Assembly (NCBI GenBank): GCA_013265495.1
Contig: MU058423.1
Location: 447,061-511,060 of the forward strand
DNA length: 64,000 nt
Reading direction: 5' to 3'
From: Vicugna vicugna
Lineage: Eukaryota
Shown: positions 1 through 12,799 of the stretch, piece by piece
Position numbering within the stretch: position 1 is the first letter of the stretch
Layout of the letters: every line of letters begins with the position of its first letter
Made by a program: the position numbers and the translations under genes
The notes under the pieces: model-generated
What the model was told of the DNA's origin: nothing
Databases searched by the model: none
What the model saw: only the letters and a program-made list of their open reading frames with translations

Positions 1-929
1 GCCTTTCCATGTCCGATGAACCCCGAGTGCCCTTGGCTCAAGCCTAGACAACAAGAGGGCCCAGTACGGAGGAAAAAACACAAATCAAGAAGTAATGCTT
101 TTTTTGAGGGAGAAATTATAAATTGCAATTTAATCACATAATCACTTTGACACTCTCAAGCAAGCTAATTTCTTCCCTTGCCTCATTTCATCCACTCGGT
201 GAGATGAATCTTAATGAATAATGTCCTATGAATATTTAATTTTTGATCAAGTTGAATTTTCTCTGGCATACCTGCTGGAGACATAAATCAGCTTCTCTTC
301 TGCCCAGTAGAGTGAATTTGGACAACAGCCTGGGTAGATCTCTGCCCACGGCTGCAGAAGTGGCCTGCCTGAAGGTTCTGGGGTTCTAGTTTGCCACCAC
401 CTCAATATTGTGACTTGGCCCTCCATGGATGTCTTCCCTAAGGGGTTCTCTGATATCACCCCACCAGCAGATGCCTGAAGCCAGTGGTTATCCAGGCAGA
501 TGAGATGCATCTGAAAATGACTTTCCACAGGTGCCCCATCTTGTTCCATCCTTTTTCTTCAATGACTTAATGAAGCCTCCCTCCTGATACTGACTTAATC
601 CTTCCTGGCCCCTGGGGACAAGTGTCATCATTCAAAAGACAAGTATCAACAGGCAACATTAGGAGAAGTACTCTTCTCAGCTATTTGAGAAAGCTTCTTT
701 CATGAAATAATAGATATTTTTATGGGGCATTACAGTTTACAAAGCAATTTCATGTACAGCTTTTCTTTTCATGTTTTAAAACATCCTTGTGTTTGATCTC
801 TTTCCTGACTGTGAGGTGAGACAATGGGGGCTGAAGAGGGCTTTTTCTTACTCTGGGTCAAAGGGATAAGTATAGGAACTCATTCCCTGGAAGGACTGCT
901 AAGTTAAAATCCAAGAAAATGGGTCCTGG

Positions 930-1052
930 GCCAGAACCACCCATCTAAGCGACTCTCAGTTTCTTGACTTACAGAAAATGTTAGATAATAAGTGTTGCTT
1001 TAAGCTTCAAGTTTTGGTGTAATTTGTTACAAAGCACTAGGTAAAAATATAC
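930..1052 (+). mobile_element. MaLR (MLT1-type) LTR 3' portion
   Basis: ccagaaccacccatctaagc...gataataagtgttgctttaagcttcaagttttggtgtaatttgttac matches the typical MLT1 3' end. Confidence 0.75.
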
Positions 1053-1458
1053 TCTTCATCTGAGTCTGGAAGTGATGAGAGGAACGAGAAACTTCATGGG
1101 TCTTGTTGAGTCAGACCTGGGCACCAGAACTGCCATGGCTTCTGCCATGGCAGGCATGGTGGATATCTGTGGCAGCCCTCACTTTGGAGAAGGCTGAGAC
1201 AGCAGGCAGGGTTAAGAGGTGAGGCAGTGGTGGCGGTGGCTCAGGCTATTCATTGAGCATGTGGTAGAGGGTAGAGGCAAGTTGGGTCAAGCAAATCTGG
1301 GGATACCCATATACTGGGTCTGAAAACTCCTATTTCCTAGTCCTACCCTTCCCACTTGGATGGAGTCTCCAGAAGCAAAATTAAGCATGTTACAGAGAGA
1401 TAAAGAAGCCACAAATGTTTTGCATATCTGCATAATAGTGTGAGTAAAATTGAGTTTT

Positions 1459-1507
1459 ATATATATATGTATATGTATATGTATATGATGTATATGTATA
1501 TATATAT
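1459..1507. repeat. (TA)n/(TATG)n compound microsatellite
   Basis: directly visible. Confidence 0.9.
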
Positions 1508-1604
1508 TCCCTCTTCCTTTAAAAAATGTGTGAGCGCATGGCTGAGTTGATACAAAATAAAGAGAATTTCTTTGCAACAAACAACACAAGAAAACATGAA
1601 TCTG

Positions 1605-1749
1605 TGGTGGGGAGGTAGCTCAAGTGGTAGAGCACATGCTTAGCATGCATGAGGTCCTGGGTTCGATCCCTATTATCTCCTCTAAAACTAAATAAACTCA
1701 ATTACCTCCCCCTGCCAAATAAATAAAAAAAAATTAAATTAAAAAAATT
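1605..1749 (+). mobile_element. tRNA-derived SINE (camelid vic-1-like), full length
   Basis: A box (tagctcaagtggtag), B box (ggttcgatccc), A-rich tail, perfect 15-bp TSD GAAAACATGAATCTG at 1590-1604 and 1750-1764. Confidence 0.9.
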
Positions 1750-2049
1750 GAAAACATGAATCTGAGAGAATAAGTGAGCTATAGAGCTGGTCTTTGTCTG
1801 GGAGCCTATTTGCAGTTTACTAGGTAATATAGGCCACATACATGACAGGTGGAAGATACAGCCCAGGGTCCAAGCAGGCTGGATTCTGGAAAAAACACTC
1901 CACAGAAAGAGAAAGTGCGTGAAGACACTTGCTTATCATCCTTGACTTTTGATGGAACAGAAGAAAAAACATAAAGAAAAGTGTTTTCTTGGAGAATTCC
2001 TAATCTTAAACAGGAATTTACCCAAAACTCCACTCTGAAAATTTGAAGC

Positions 2050-3200
2050 ATCTTCGATTGGTGAGATTCTCAGTGCCTGAAAAAAAATCCTCCCTGAAAG
2101 AACACACTTTAAACCCTGGCCTCAGAGAACTCCCACAGATAAAGTTCCAAGGCACATGGACCTCATAATCAAAATTCAGCAAATACATGGGGGAATAAAT
2201 TACCCTGAATGAGACTTGGTAAAAACAACAAATTCCTCAAAGACTGAAAGGACCTGTACTTATCCAATATAGACTATAAAATAAACACATTTAATTTGTT
2301 TATGAAATAAAAGAGAGTATTAGAATTATAATGAGGGGACAAAAGACTATCAGAATAACCTAGTCAGATGTAAAAGAGAAACAAATACAACTTTTAGAAA
2401 ATTAAAAAGTATGATCATTCAAATGAACAAGTCATGTGTATGATAATAAGTTATACATAGCTGAGTTAAGAAGAAAGAATTAGTGGTCTGGAAGTTTCTC
2501 TGAAGAATGACCTTGAATACAGTGGGAAGACAAAGAGATGAAAGAGTGAAGAGATTAAAAAAACTGAGTGAGGAGATACAACATACATATGATTGGAATG
2601 CCAAAGGCTCAACAGAGAGAATGGGGGAGAAATATCAAAGAGGCTAACAACTGAAAAGTTTCTAGTCTTGATGAAAGACATTACTCTGCAGCTTGAGCAA
2701 GCCCCACTAATCCAAAACTGGCTGAAGAAAAAGAAACCCACGTTATGTAGGAAAACAGAACACTAAAGAAAAAGAGAGGATCCTAAAAGCAGTCAGAGAG
2801 AAAAGATAGATTACCTACAAAGCAATGAGAATTCCACCCACAGCTTATTTACCAACAGCAACAAGAGAAACCAGAAGACTATGGAATGATAGCTCTGAAG
2901 TGCTAAGTGAAAATATGCTAGAATTCTACCCCCATTATAATTTAAATATAAATAAAATAAAATAAAATAAATGTAAGCAAAATAAAAACAATTTAAACAT
3001 GTTTTAAAAAGAAAAGTGATACAGTTGATTACCAAAAGACACTCGCTAACAGGACTTATATAGATATACACCAGGAAGATGAAAAATGATTCCAGAAGGA
3101 GGTTTTTGAAGTGCAAGAACAAATTGTATCTAAATAAATATTGATAGTACAAAATAATAATAATGATAAACTAATTTGTGGGGTTAAAATCAAGTTAGAA
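2050..3200 (+). mobile_element. Ancient L1 ORF1-like element (HAL1/L1M type), degraded
   Basis: A-rich; L1 ORF1 C-terminal-like segment gagaggatcctaaaagcagtcagagagaaaagatagattacctacaaa; no ORF2 follows. Confidence 0.6.
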
Positions 3201-3269
3201 CTAAAATCATGGACAAATGTACACAAATCGACCATATTTGGACAGAGATCAAAAATAGGAAAAATGGAA

Positions 3270-3530
3270 CTTCTTTTTTAAAGAGATACATAGAAGTGTG
3301 ATTAAACTATAAAGAAAAGGAAAGGAAAGGAATGATAAGCCCAAAATTTGGGGACTGGGTTACTGGAGTGGCAGGAGGGAGATGCAGGAGAGGGGACAGG
3401 GCATGTAGGGGGCTTTCAAGGTACTGTGAATATTCTATTTCTTAAGATAGGTGTTGGAGATGTGGCTGTCTGTTCTTTCATATGTAAATATCTGTTATAC
3501 ATACTTTTTGTAGGTGTGACGTAATAAAAA
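3270..3530 (+). mobile_element. Old L1 (L1ME/L1MC-type) 3' UTR fragment
   Basis: gggggctttcaaggtactgtgaatattctatttcttaag resembles L1ME 3' ends. Confidence 0.6.
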
Positions 3531-3589
3531 TGGAGTAATTATAACTGATGTTGTAATGACCATTGTTATAATATGTATCTTTTAACACT

Positions 3590-3740
3590 CTTTAAAGTAA
3601 ATTCCTGGAAAGAAGATTTTGAGGAAAAAGATGAGTACAATAATTTTTCTTTCAAATTTATTGCCACATCCCCCCCCAAAAGGTGTACCAGCTTATGCTC
3701 TACCAGCAGTGCATAAAAGGGTGCATTTCCCCACACCTTA
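3590..3740 (-). mobile_element. Old L1 fragment
   Basis: ggtgtaccagcttatgctctaccagcagtgcataaaagggtgcatttccccacacc resembles antisense L1 3' ORF2. Confidence 0.55.
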
Positions 3741-5112
3741 GGGTTACTTTTTTGTGTGCACTTTTTCTAAAGTGTACTCTTATCATATATACCAGCATGG
3801 TGAGTTAGGCTTTTTTTTTTTTTAAGAAACTGGAATGGGATGAATAATTTATGAAGCAAGTGGCATAAGTAATCCCATTTTCAGATAACACAACGAAGCA
3901 TCACTGAGGTTGAGTGACTGGTCCAGGTTTCTACGGTGACCCAGTCTCCTAACTGCATGTTCAGTTTCGTGATCTTTTCGTTATATCCCACTGCTGGTCA
4001 AACTCCACTGAATCTTTATGTTGGAGCAGCCTGTCCTGCACATGAAAATCTCTCCCAGAAAAAGAAAGCCAGAAAAGGAGGCAGAAGGTATATGCACTTT
4101 GTGAGGTGCTGGTGGAGGCAGTAGAGTAAGGGTGAGGGAGAAAGGTTTTCAGTATTTATACCGTCCAGTCTGAGGACTACCCCCTTCCCTGGTCTTTAAG
4201 CCCCTGATGATAAACTTCGCCGACACAGAGTTGGAGCCCTATTTAATCAGCTCAGTGTCTGGCACATGGACAATGCTTACTAAATGTTTGTTGGCTCTGG
4301 AATGAACTCTGGTTGATATTTTTGTCACCAAATAAGGAGGGAGAAATGTCCCTTTGGCTGGGCCAGGTTTCTTTCTCTGTGTGAAGTGAGTCTGGGCCTG
4401 GGCAGGAGAAGGGACGAATTGACCTTCCAAGGTCCCTTCCTGTTGGAAAGACGAGGACTCTCTGCAGGCAGTGCTGCAGTGAGCTCCCTCACCCCGGCTC
4501 CCTCCCAGGTGCATTGACTCTTTTCTCCAAGTGATTAGCAGGCAGATTGGCAGGCAGTAGTGGCAATGGAAGTTTAATGTTCTGGAAACCCAGTCTTTTT
4601 TCCTTTTCCTCCCAGGTTTTCCCTGGTGAGTCAGGGAAAGGTCTTGCCGCTTAATAGGCAGACAGAGTTGGGGCCTGGGAGTTTTGCCGTCAGAGACTAG
4701 AATTTATCACTGTGACGCCAGGCCCAGGCAGGACTGCATTTGTCAGGGAGAAATGGCAGGCTGTAGGGAGGGACGTGCTGTCCTGCCTTGGGGACATTGT
4801 CCCTGGGAGGGCACTGAGACCCTGCCACCCCTGAGACTTGACCCACTCAGCCCAAGGCAGGCCAGGATACCTTTGGCTGGGAGCCTGGCTATAGCAAATA
4901 GAATCAATTGGTCCTGCTGCTCTAAGCTGGTACCAAACAGCCTCTGGTGGGTCCTAAGTCCTTGTGCCTGTTAAACAGAGAGCTCGGCGTAACTGCAAGA
5001 GCAGACGGACATGTGTTAATATCCTACCTCAGTTCTCTATCAGCTGTCTGATATTGGGGAGGCTTCTTTATTCCTCTGAGCTTCTGTTTTCCTCCTCTGA
5101 AAATAAAGGCAG

Positions 5113-5683
5113 TGAGGCGGGAAGCCCCATAAAAAGACGGGCAAGCCCCCTAGGCATGGCCGCTACTCTCCTCTTAACACCATCTGGTTCCCTGGCCCAG
5201 GGGCTCTATCTCACTTTTTGCCTCTAATGCGGCTAACTTACACCTAGAATTCTATTGGTTCCGTGAGCTAACTTCTGATTGGTTATTACTCTCACTCCTG
5301 ATTGGTTATTACTCTCACTTCTGATTGGTTATTACTTTCACTTTTGATTGGTCCACTTTCCTAACTTCTGATTGGCCCATTTGTAGTACTTCATTTACAT
5401 GGAGCTCAATCCTGATTGGTCTATTTCTACAAAGCTTATTCCTGGTTGGTCAACTTCTATTGTACTTTATTTGCCTATGATGTTGCAAAGTGTAAAACTG
5501 GCAGCCTATAAAAGGACTGTGTAAAGCTACAGATGGGGTTCAGAGCTTGAAGTGTTAGCTTTTCTCCGCCCGCTGATGTAAAAAACCTGAGTTCTCCAAT
5601 TCTCCGAGTGGATTGTCGCATGGATCCAGGCTGCTGGCACAAGTGAGCTATAACACCGAGCTGTAACACGTTTTTCTGCAACA
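5113..5683 (+). mobile_element. Solo LTR (ERV1-type) with tandem CCAAT-box array, copy 1, inserted in a MIR
   Basis: TG...CA termini; 4-bp TSD GCAG/GCAA; 7 ATTGG boxes; TATAAAA at 5507-5513; end-to-end homologous to 31192-31729. Confidence 0.88.
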
Positions 5684-5744
5684 GCAATAGTAAGTACCTT
5701 TAAAAACTAAATTAAGTGGTGTATGCACTGGGGCAGGCGGGAAG

Positions 5745-5970
5745 AGTGGAGCTGTAAAGATCACACCACTGGAACCAGATTTCCTGGGTTCAAACCTGAC
5801 CCTGACAGCCTCCAGCTGGCGGAAACTAGGCAAGTAATAGCTTTTCTATACCTTGGTTTCTTCACCTGTAAGATGGGGTAATAATAACATACCTTATAGA
5901 AGCATTGTGATGATCAAATGAGTTAACATTCATAAAATGTGTAATACCATGCTTTGGCAAGTAGTGATAC
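5745..5970 (+). mobile_element. MIR SINE
   Basis: ctgggttcaaacc...ggtttcttcacctgtaagatggggtaataat core. Confidence 0.8.
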
Positions 5971-6550
5971 ACAAATTGGGTTTTTGTTTGTTTTTAAGAA
6001 GTTCCCCCTCCCTGCTTTTCCTTCTCTACTTTCTCTCTTGGCCCTGTGCTGATTAATAGGTTATAAGATCTGATTTGGGTCTTGGCTTCCTGATCTGTAA
6101 TCAGGGCTTCTTGGGGTCACCCTTGTTGTCTGTGGCCCCAGCTCCTAACTTATTCCCACCATGTCCTTCCCCTTGGGATTGCAAACTTCCCAGGAGCCGA
6201 GCCTAGATGGAGCCAGTCTAGACAGATGCTGCCAGAATCCCGCTGACAACTTATGGTTCTATCACCGCTGTTGCCCAAAGATCTCTGTTGCCTCCACCCG
6301 GGCCTCCCTCCGGGGTCCAGTGCTGCTCTCTCGGCCCCATGCCTTCTGGTTTCCTCTTGTTCTCTCCTGGCCAGTGCTGCCAGGGTCCCAGCAAGCCCCT
6401 AGGCCAAGTCCACCCAAGGGACAGTGGCGTTTGGCTGGGTTGGCCTTCATCTCTGCTGAGCCCAAAGTGGGCAAGGGCCTAGAACTTCTGGGCTACTGAT
6501 CAACATTCCATCCAGATACTTCCCACTGCCAAATATAAAAATCCTTTCTG

Positions 6551-6612
6551 AAATTAACACAACATTGTAAACAGACTATATACTTCAATACAAAAAATAA
6601 GTTAAATTAAAA
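6551..6612 (+). mobile_element. Very short 5'-truncated L1 (3' terminus plus A tail)
   Basis: aaattaacacaacattgtaaacagactatatacttcaata plus A tail; TSD aaaaatcctttctg / aaaattccttcctg. Confidence 0.75.
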
Positions 6613-6714
6613 AAAATTCCTTCCTGGGACTCATGTTTTTGCAAGGCAGCCCATCTCATTGTTGAATAGCTCTAATTTTCTAATGAAAAACAATGTGACA
6701 ATAATAAAGCAGCT

Positions 6715-6900
6715 ATACATACATCACCTTCAGTTTCTACCACAACCCTGTAAGATAGGTTTTATTATCTCCGCTTTATAGATGTGGAAAATGAGGCCTA
6801 GAGGGGATAAGTGATTCACCTATGAGGTGCAGCCAGGAGGTAGACCTGGTTTGCTTACCAAACCAGTAAGGTTCCAGAAGCCAGTGCTCCGCCCTCTGCA
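6715..6900 (-). mobile_element. MIR SINE
   Basis: ctttatagatgtggaaaatgaggcctagagggg (antisense core). Confidence 0.75.
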
Positions 6901-7232
6901 TTGAACTGGCGCAATGGACTGGATTCTGCCTCCCTGTCTCCTCCATCACTGGAGGATGCAAGACACAATCTGTCTTCCCTCTTCCACGTGTTTGTCTTTA
7001 GTATATTTGAGAAAGCTCTCATGTTACTTGTCTTCTGCCGGCTAAATAGCCTCAATTATTTGTTAAACCGTATGTTATTGTTTCCAGGCATCTCAACATC
7101 TTAGCCTCCCTGTCCCTTGAGGCATTCTGAATCTCTCTTGGCAGTGTACTGTCATGGTTTAAGCGCACACACTTTGCATTTAGGCTGATCTGGGTTCACA
7201 TACTGGCTCTACCCAATTTGCCGGCTGTGTGG

Positions 7233-7764
7233 TCGTGGCAGACCAGAGTTTCCAACGATGGCTGCCACGATATATCCCTTCCCACATGTTCTTCGTGCGA
7301 TGTGGTGACACGCTTCCTGTCAAGTGGTGGGGTCTGTATTCCTTCCCCTTGAATCTGGGCAGACCTTTATGATTGCCATGACCAATGAAAGGTGCAGAAG
7401 TGACGCTGTGTGAGCTGAGGTCATAAAAATGCCATATGCTACCATCTAGTTCTCTTTGGAATTCAGTCATTTTGTGTGAAAAAGCCCATACTGACCCAAG
7501 TGAAAAAACCATATGGAGTGGCCAAGTGTAGGTGTTTTGGCTGATAGCGCAGCTGAAGTCCTAGGGCATAGGTAGCACCAGACTCTGAGCAAGTATGTTT
7601 AGTGAGGGTCTTTAAGATAACTCCATCCCGAGCTACCACAAGACTGCAGCCTCGTGAGTGACCTCCAGCAAAATCACCCAGCTGAGCCCAGTCAACTCCA
7701 GAATAAAATTGTTGTTTTAAGACACTAAGCATAGTGGTGATTCATTATTGGCAATAATCAGAAC
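7233..7764 (+). mobile_element. MaLR MLT1-type LTR nested in a MIR (MIR halves about 7145-7232 and 7765-7930)
   Basis: ccccttgaatctgggcagacc...gaccaatgaaaggtgcagaagtgacgctgtg...aataaaattgttgttttaagacactaag; MIR resumes at gtgacctt. Confidence 0.8.
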
Positions 7765-8629
7765 GGTGACCTTCAGCTCTCCTCAAGCTCCCTGAGTCTC
7801 AGTTTCTTTACCTGTGAAATGAGGACTCTGACATCCACGTTAGGTGTTTAGTATGAGATTTAAAAGATAATGGATATAAATGGATATCCATTATGTGCTT
7901 GCCACATAGTGATTGTGCAACAAATAATTAATCATGATTAATGACATCAGGAATGAGATAGGAAGGAGACCTGGATTGAGACCTTGGTACGAAGCAGAGA
8001 TGGAAGACTGGGAAACTGCACTTGCCGTGGGGCAGCCTCTGGGGAAGAAGCTGAGAGCTGAGCCACAGATTCCAAATGTGCAGTGAGTCACGACAAGATG
8101 CAGGCAGCGGCCAGTGTGAGGTCTTTACTCCTTGACCTGCATGGTTCGGGTGAGCCAGCAGCATTAGGCTGGAGGTGGGACGGCAAGACCTTGGTCACAC
8201 CTAGAACTGGTTGTTGGGACAGTGGGGACAGGACAGAAATGTTTTGCCATAAGGTTATGCAGAGTGGGGATTGGTCACTGGGGTGTCCCCCACAGCGAAC
8301 CTCGAAGGTGAGAGGGATTTGGGTGAGCATCCTGGATGTTCAAGGTCACTGCTGGCAAAGCTAACAAAACAAGGAGGTGGGGCGCCGGCAAAGATAACTG
8401 GTTGAATTTGTGTGTATGGTGTCTTCTTGTACTTGGCTTCCCTGCTTCAGAGGGTGAACATCTCAGGTTCTGAAAGGGGCATCCTGCTGAAGCAAGTGTC
8501 TGAAAATTCAGGCGGCCATGAACTCTTAAGTCTTAAAAAGCCAAACTAACTGCTCCCCACCCCCTCAAAAAAAAAAAAAAGAAGAAAAAAACCCTCACCA
8601 CCACAAAACCCCATACTCTATCCCCACAA

Positions 8630-8830
8630 ATAATACATATGCTTATTGTAGAAAAATTACATAAGAAGTGAAAACAGCAAAATAAAAGTTGCTCACATTC
8701 CTACAGCCCAGAGATCACCTCTGTTAACATTTTAGTGTACATGTAACCTTCCAGAGGGGATACAAAAATAGAATCCTACTGTGAGTACTGTTCGGTCACC
8801 TCTTAAAACCCAATAATGTGCCCTGGACAC
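8630..8830 (-). mobile_element. Old L1ME-type 3' fragment
   Basis: atacatatgcttattgtagaaaaatt...cccagagatcacctctgttaacattttagtg. Confidence 0.55.
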
Positions 8831-9090
8831 CTTTCCGTGTTATGAAATAATGCCTCTACAGTTCTGAGCTTTTTCAAATGGGGGATATGTAGCAGTGTGC
8901 CAGGGGTCCTATGAAAACCACGGTTCATCACTCTAGAGCATCAATTTTACTCTGTGGTAAGTCACCTAAAATACTATTTTTATATTAAGACAAACCCAGG
9001 TACAGCATGAAGGAGAGTACAATTGCACGAATTTTAGAAGATATGAGACTTCAAAGAAATATCCAGCTCACCTCATTTTTCAGTACCATC

Positions 9091-9249
9091 TTTTAAAAAA
9101 ATTTACTTTAAAAATGTTTCATTTATTTTTGTTTGTTTTGAGGGGAGGTAATTAGGTTTATTTATTTATTTTAATGGAGGTACTGGGGATTGGATCTGGG
9201 ACGTCATGCGTGCTAAGCATGCAGTCTACCACTGAGCAATACCCTCCCC
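9091..9249 (-). mobile_element. tRNA-derived SINE (vic-1-like)
   Basis: antisense match to the 1605-1749 element: gggaggtaattaggtttatt...gtgctaagcatgcagtctaccactgagcaataccctccc. Confidence 0.88.
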
Positions 9250-9599
9250 ACCATTGTACCACTGTTTTTAATGGCAGGTAGTCATCAGCTTATGGGGATC
9301 AGTTGAATGGGCTGAGAGAGAAAAAAAGGGGAGGAGATGTGACAGTTCGGGGCAGTAGAGCACCCAGGGCCCTTCCATGAGGCACAGATGATCTGAAGAG
9401 CAAGGTGAATGTCTTAATGTCATGGCTTGGCCTTTAGGGCCTGAGTGGGTGATTTAATTCTAAGCTATGCCCCGCTTAACCTCCCCATCCTAACCTGTTG
9501 GCCTAGAACTGTTGAAGGTGGGGGTGGCATCTGGGGAGGGACAACATGGCTGTTATCTGTCATGGCACTCAGAACTAACCCAGGAACTCCAGATGTGGT

Positions 9600-9825
9600 C
9601 TGAAGTGTGTACAGCTTGGCTATTTCTGTCCCAGATCTGCTATTAATAAGCTCTGTGGCCATGGGCAATCTACTTAAATTCTCTCTCCTTCAGTTTTGTC
9701 ATCTATAAACTGGTGATAAAAGTAGCAGCTCATAGGGTTACTGGGGACAATAATGAGTAAAGCACAATACTTAGAGTACCACTTGGGACATAGTAAGTGT
9801 TCAATATTTGTCAATTATTATTGTA
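9600..9825 (+). mobile_element. MIR SINE
   Basis: cttcagttttgtcatctataaactggtgataa...gacatagtaagtgttcaatat. Confidence 0.7.
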
Positions 9826-10139
9826 TAGTCTACAATTGCATAAGCTTATGGTAAATGTGTCCCACTCTTGTTTCAATTCAAACTGAGCTTGTGGCTGATT
9901 AAAACTCTTGGGCCTTTTTCACTGGAATTGTTATCAAGCTTGTATTCTCTGTGCTGTTATTAGTTGTTAATTGTGTGGCTTATTAATGTTTGTTTTCTTG
10001 ATTCTGGTCTGTTATTCTAGCCTGTGGTAGTTCTCCAACAGCTAAGTTTTCCTTTCCAGAGCCAGCTGGGTTTCAGGTTCTAATGACATTTATACTTTTA
10101 TTGTCCCCATTTTACAAATGACAAACTGAGCGAAGGAAA

Positions 10140-10320
10140 TTACTACTATGTAATGAGTGTGTCCTTTGTGCCAGACAGTGGGATAGGTGCTTTGCTCAGG
10201 GCGATCCAGTTAATCTTCAGAACAATCTAAAGAAGGAGGATTTATGGTGTCATTTTGCAGATGTGAAAACTGCAGCTCAGAGTGGTTAAGCAAATTGCCC
10301 AAGGTTACCAGGCTGGCTCA
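10140..10320 (-). mobile_element. MIR SINE
   Basis: cattttgcagatgtgaaaactgcagctcagagtggttaagcaaattgcccaaggttac. Confidence 0.75.
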
Positions 10321-11714
10321 CACTACCCGTTAGTTTTGGATCATCTCTCAACTTTAATGGAATGTTTCTATTTAAGCTGTTAAAGTAGATGTTTTATAGG
10401 ACAAAGCCAAGGACAGAGAGAAATCACTGGAGAACCCCTTCTAGGTAGATCTATGACCCTTACATCAATTCCTAGATCAATACCCTTTGTAGAGGATCAT
10501 TCAACCACTGAAATTGGAATCAGATGTTTGCTATTGGCAGCTGAGGTCTAGAGCTTCTTAAGAAGTCCTAAAGAAACCTCCTTCCATCACATCTTCAAGG
10601 GAAGGACCCCGTTGTCCCAGCTCTTTCCTTGTCTCCTCTCAGCTGCAATCTGGATGCTTATGGAGTCACATGTCCCGAAACAATCCCAGCAAATGTTCCT
10701 TTTCAAGCTGAGTGTGAGAAGCTTTCAGGACATCCTGGAACAGTCAGCATCTGCCTGTATTTACTCTTGCTGTTGATTAAAGCCGACAGCTGGAGCACCA
10801 GGATCCTAGACTGTGGAAACAGGACTGCTGACGAGAGGAGAAAGAATCAATAGCACTGGCTGGATCCAATGAAACCCAGCTCTTCCCTTTCCACTATCAT
10901 CACCCTTGACTTGATGGAAGAGCAGTTTGGTCAAGAAAAGAGGAAGGGGATTTGTCTAATGCAAATTTCTCCCAGGATGGTCTCTGCCCCATCTACAGCA
11001 GGGCAGTAGATGGTACCTAGTCCTCAGGTCCTCTGGGAGGACCGCCAAGTTCTCTTGGTTACCAATGTTCCCTCCTACTAGCTTTCCTCTGGCAGGAGGA
11101 GGAAGGAGCCCTAGTCAATTCCAGAAGGAACACCTTCCTGCTGGCCACCCTTCAGAGAGGTCAGAGAACGACACTGAAAACAGCATCTTCCGTCTTTGCT
11201 CTTGATCCATTTCTGAAAGGAAGAACAGAGCAGGGGTGGGAGAAAGAGGAATGAAGGGCCCTGGCACTGGGGTGGGTGACGGTGGGGTGGCTATGCAGAG
11301 AAGGTGGCTGCTGCCCTGGTGCTTCTGTGCAGGTCCCAAGTGGGTGTGTGTGGTTCATGGAGCATTGGAAGATGGCATCCTCTTCTGTGTTGGCCTCTGC
11401 TTCTGTTCTTATCTGTCCTTGATTCTTCCACTTCTGTCCTCTGGTGGCTTCCTGGAGGGAACTGTAGATGACCTGGTGGTGGGGAAGGTAGGGGCTTTCC
11501 AGAATCGGGGGAGAGCCCTTTATTCCTTGGGTTGGTGTGCTGAAGTGGGGTCCCCTTGGAGCAGATTCTTAGAATTACTCTCAACTCCATGTGTGGAGAG
11601 GAAGGGAAAAGAACAGGCAATGAGTTATCCTCAGGACCCTGATAGGGGCACTGAAAAGGCCCCTGCAGTGCCCCCCACCCCCCAACTGCTGACAAAAGCC
11701 CTAGTGGAAACACC

Positions 11715-11875
11715 AGGGTTTTAGAGGACAGGTCTGGGCTTGAGTTCTAGTCCTGCTGCCTACCAGCTGAGTGGCTTAACCTCTCTGAGATTTGTTTTCT
11801 TCATCTGCAGAATGAGGAGTGAAGGGAGATAATGTGTGAAAAAGGCCTCTAAATAGCTAAGTGTTGTGTAAGTGA
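11715..11875 (+). mobile_element. MIR SINE
   Basis: cttaacctctctgagatttgttttcttcatctgcagaatgagg. Confidence 0.7.
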
Positions 11876-12799
11876 CAGCTAATTCTACTATAGGTAAGTA
11901 ACAGTCTTGGATCCTACACGAGAACCTGCCCCTTGGTCTTGTGACATAAAAACCTTGGGACACTCTCCAGATTGTGACCTTCTTCAGGGTCTCCCTTCTT
12001 CCCAGGACCCCAGAAGAAGGAAAGGGGGTCTTCTGCAGCTGCATGAAATTGGGTTTTCCCAGTTTCCTGTGGAGTACTCACCTGGACGACTCCTTTCTCT
12101 TGTTTGTGTCTGTTCACATGCTCCTCTCTGGCCTCGGTGCCTCTCCTGCCTTGTCTGCTAGGTACTCCTGACTCATGACCCAGGACAAACATTACTCTCT
12201 GTGACATTCTCTGACTGCCTGAGAAAATACGTTTCTTGCTCATCTGTGTTCCTGCAGCACTTGGTAGAGACCTCTTTTGTTGACTAATCATGTCTAATTA
12301 GAGCTGCTTCTTACATTTCTGTCTCTCCATAAGACTGAATTCTTCCAAGTCAAGGACCATGTTTTCTTACTCAGGGCCAAAGATGTAGGTGTGCCTAAGT
12401 GTCTTTATTTTCATGGCTGAGCCACTAGAGGAGGGCTGGATTCCACTCCCGTGGTGTGGAAGGAGGAAGGGTTGATTGGGGAGGAGATATGTAGTAATGT
12501 TTCTCTCTGGCGTTTCAAATACCTGAAGGTAAGGAGAAAAGGATGTGTCATGGGCAGGACCTGGGTCTTTCTTAAGACTTAGTAACTTGCTCAGCAACGT
12601 GTATCCACAGGAGGGAGAAATTCTCCATGAAATAAAGGATTGACTGAAGCTGGAAGACTTAGATTCAAATCTTGCTTCTGTCTATTTACCAACAATGGTG
12701 TCTTGGGCACGTCAGCCATTCTGGGTCTCAGTTTCCTGCTCTAAGGAAAAGATACTTGTCTTGTGGTTTTGTAGCACAGAAAGTACAGTGCTTTTCACC

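Noticed and set aside
1605..1680. Functional tRNA gene
   Set aside because: It continues into a SINE body and A tail with a TSD, and diverged copies occur elsewhere in the window.
7868..7895. 14-bp palindrome AATGGATATCCATT with a short adjacent duplication
   Set aside because: Lies in a decayed MIR; a minor local mutation event.
11236..11724. Longer ORFs (e.g. 11236-11724, 13276-13743, 13597-14106, 48893-49450) as genes
   Set aside because: No recognisable domain, overlapping ORFs on both strands, and several run through MIRs; expected by chance at this GC content.
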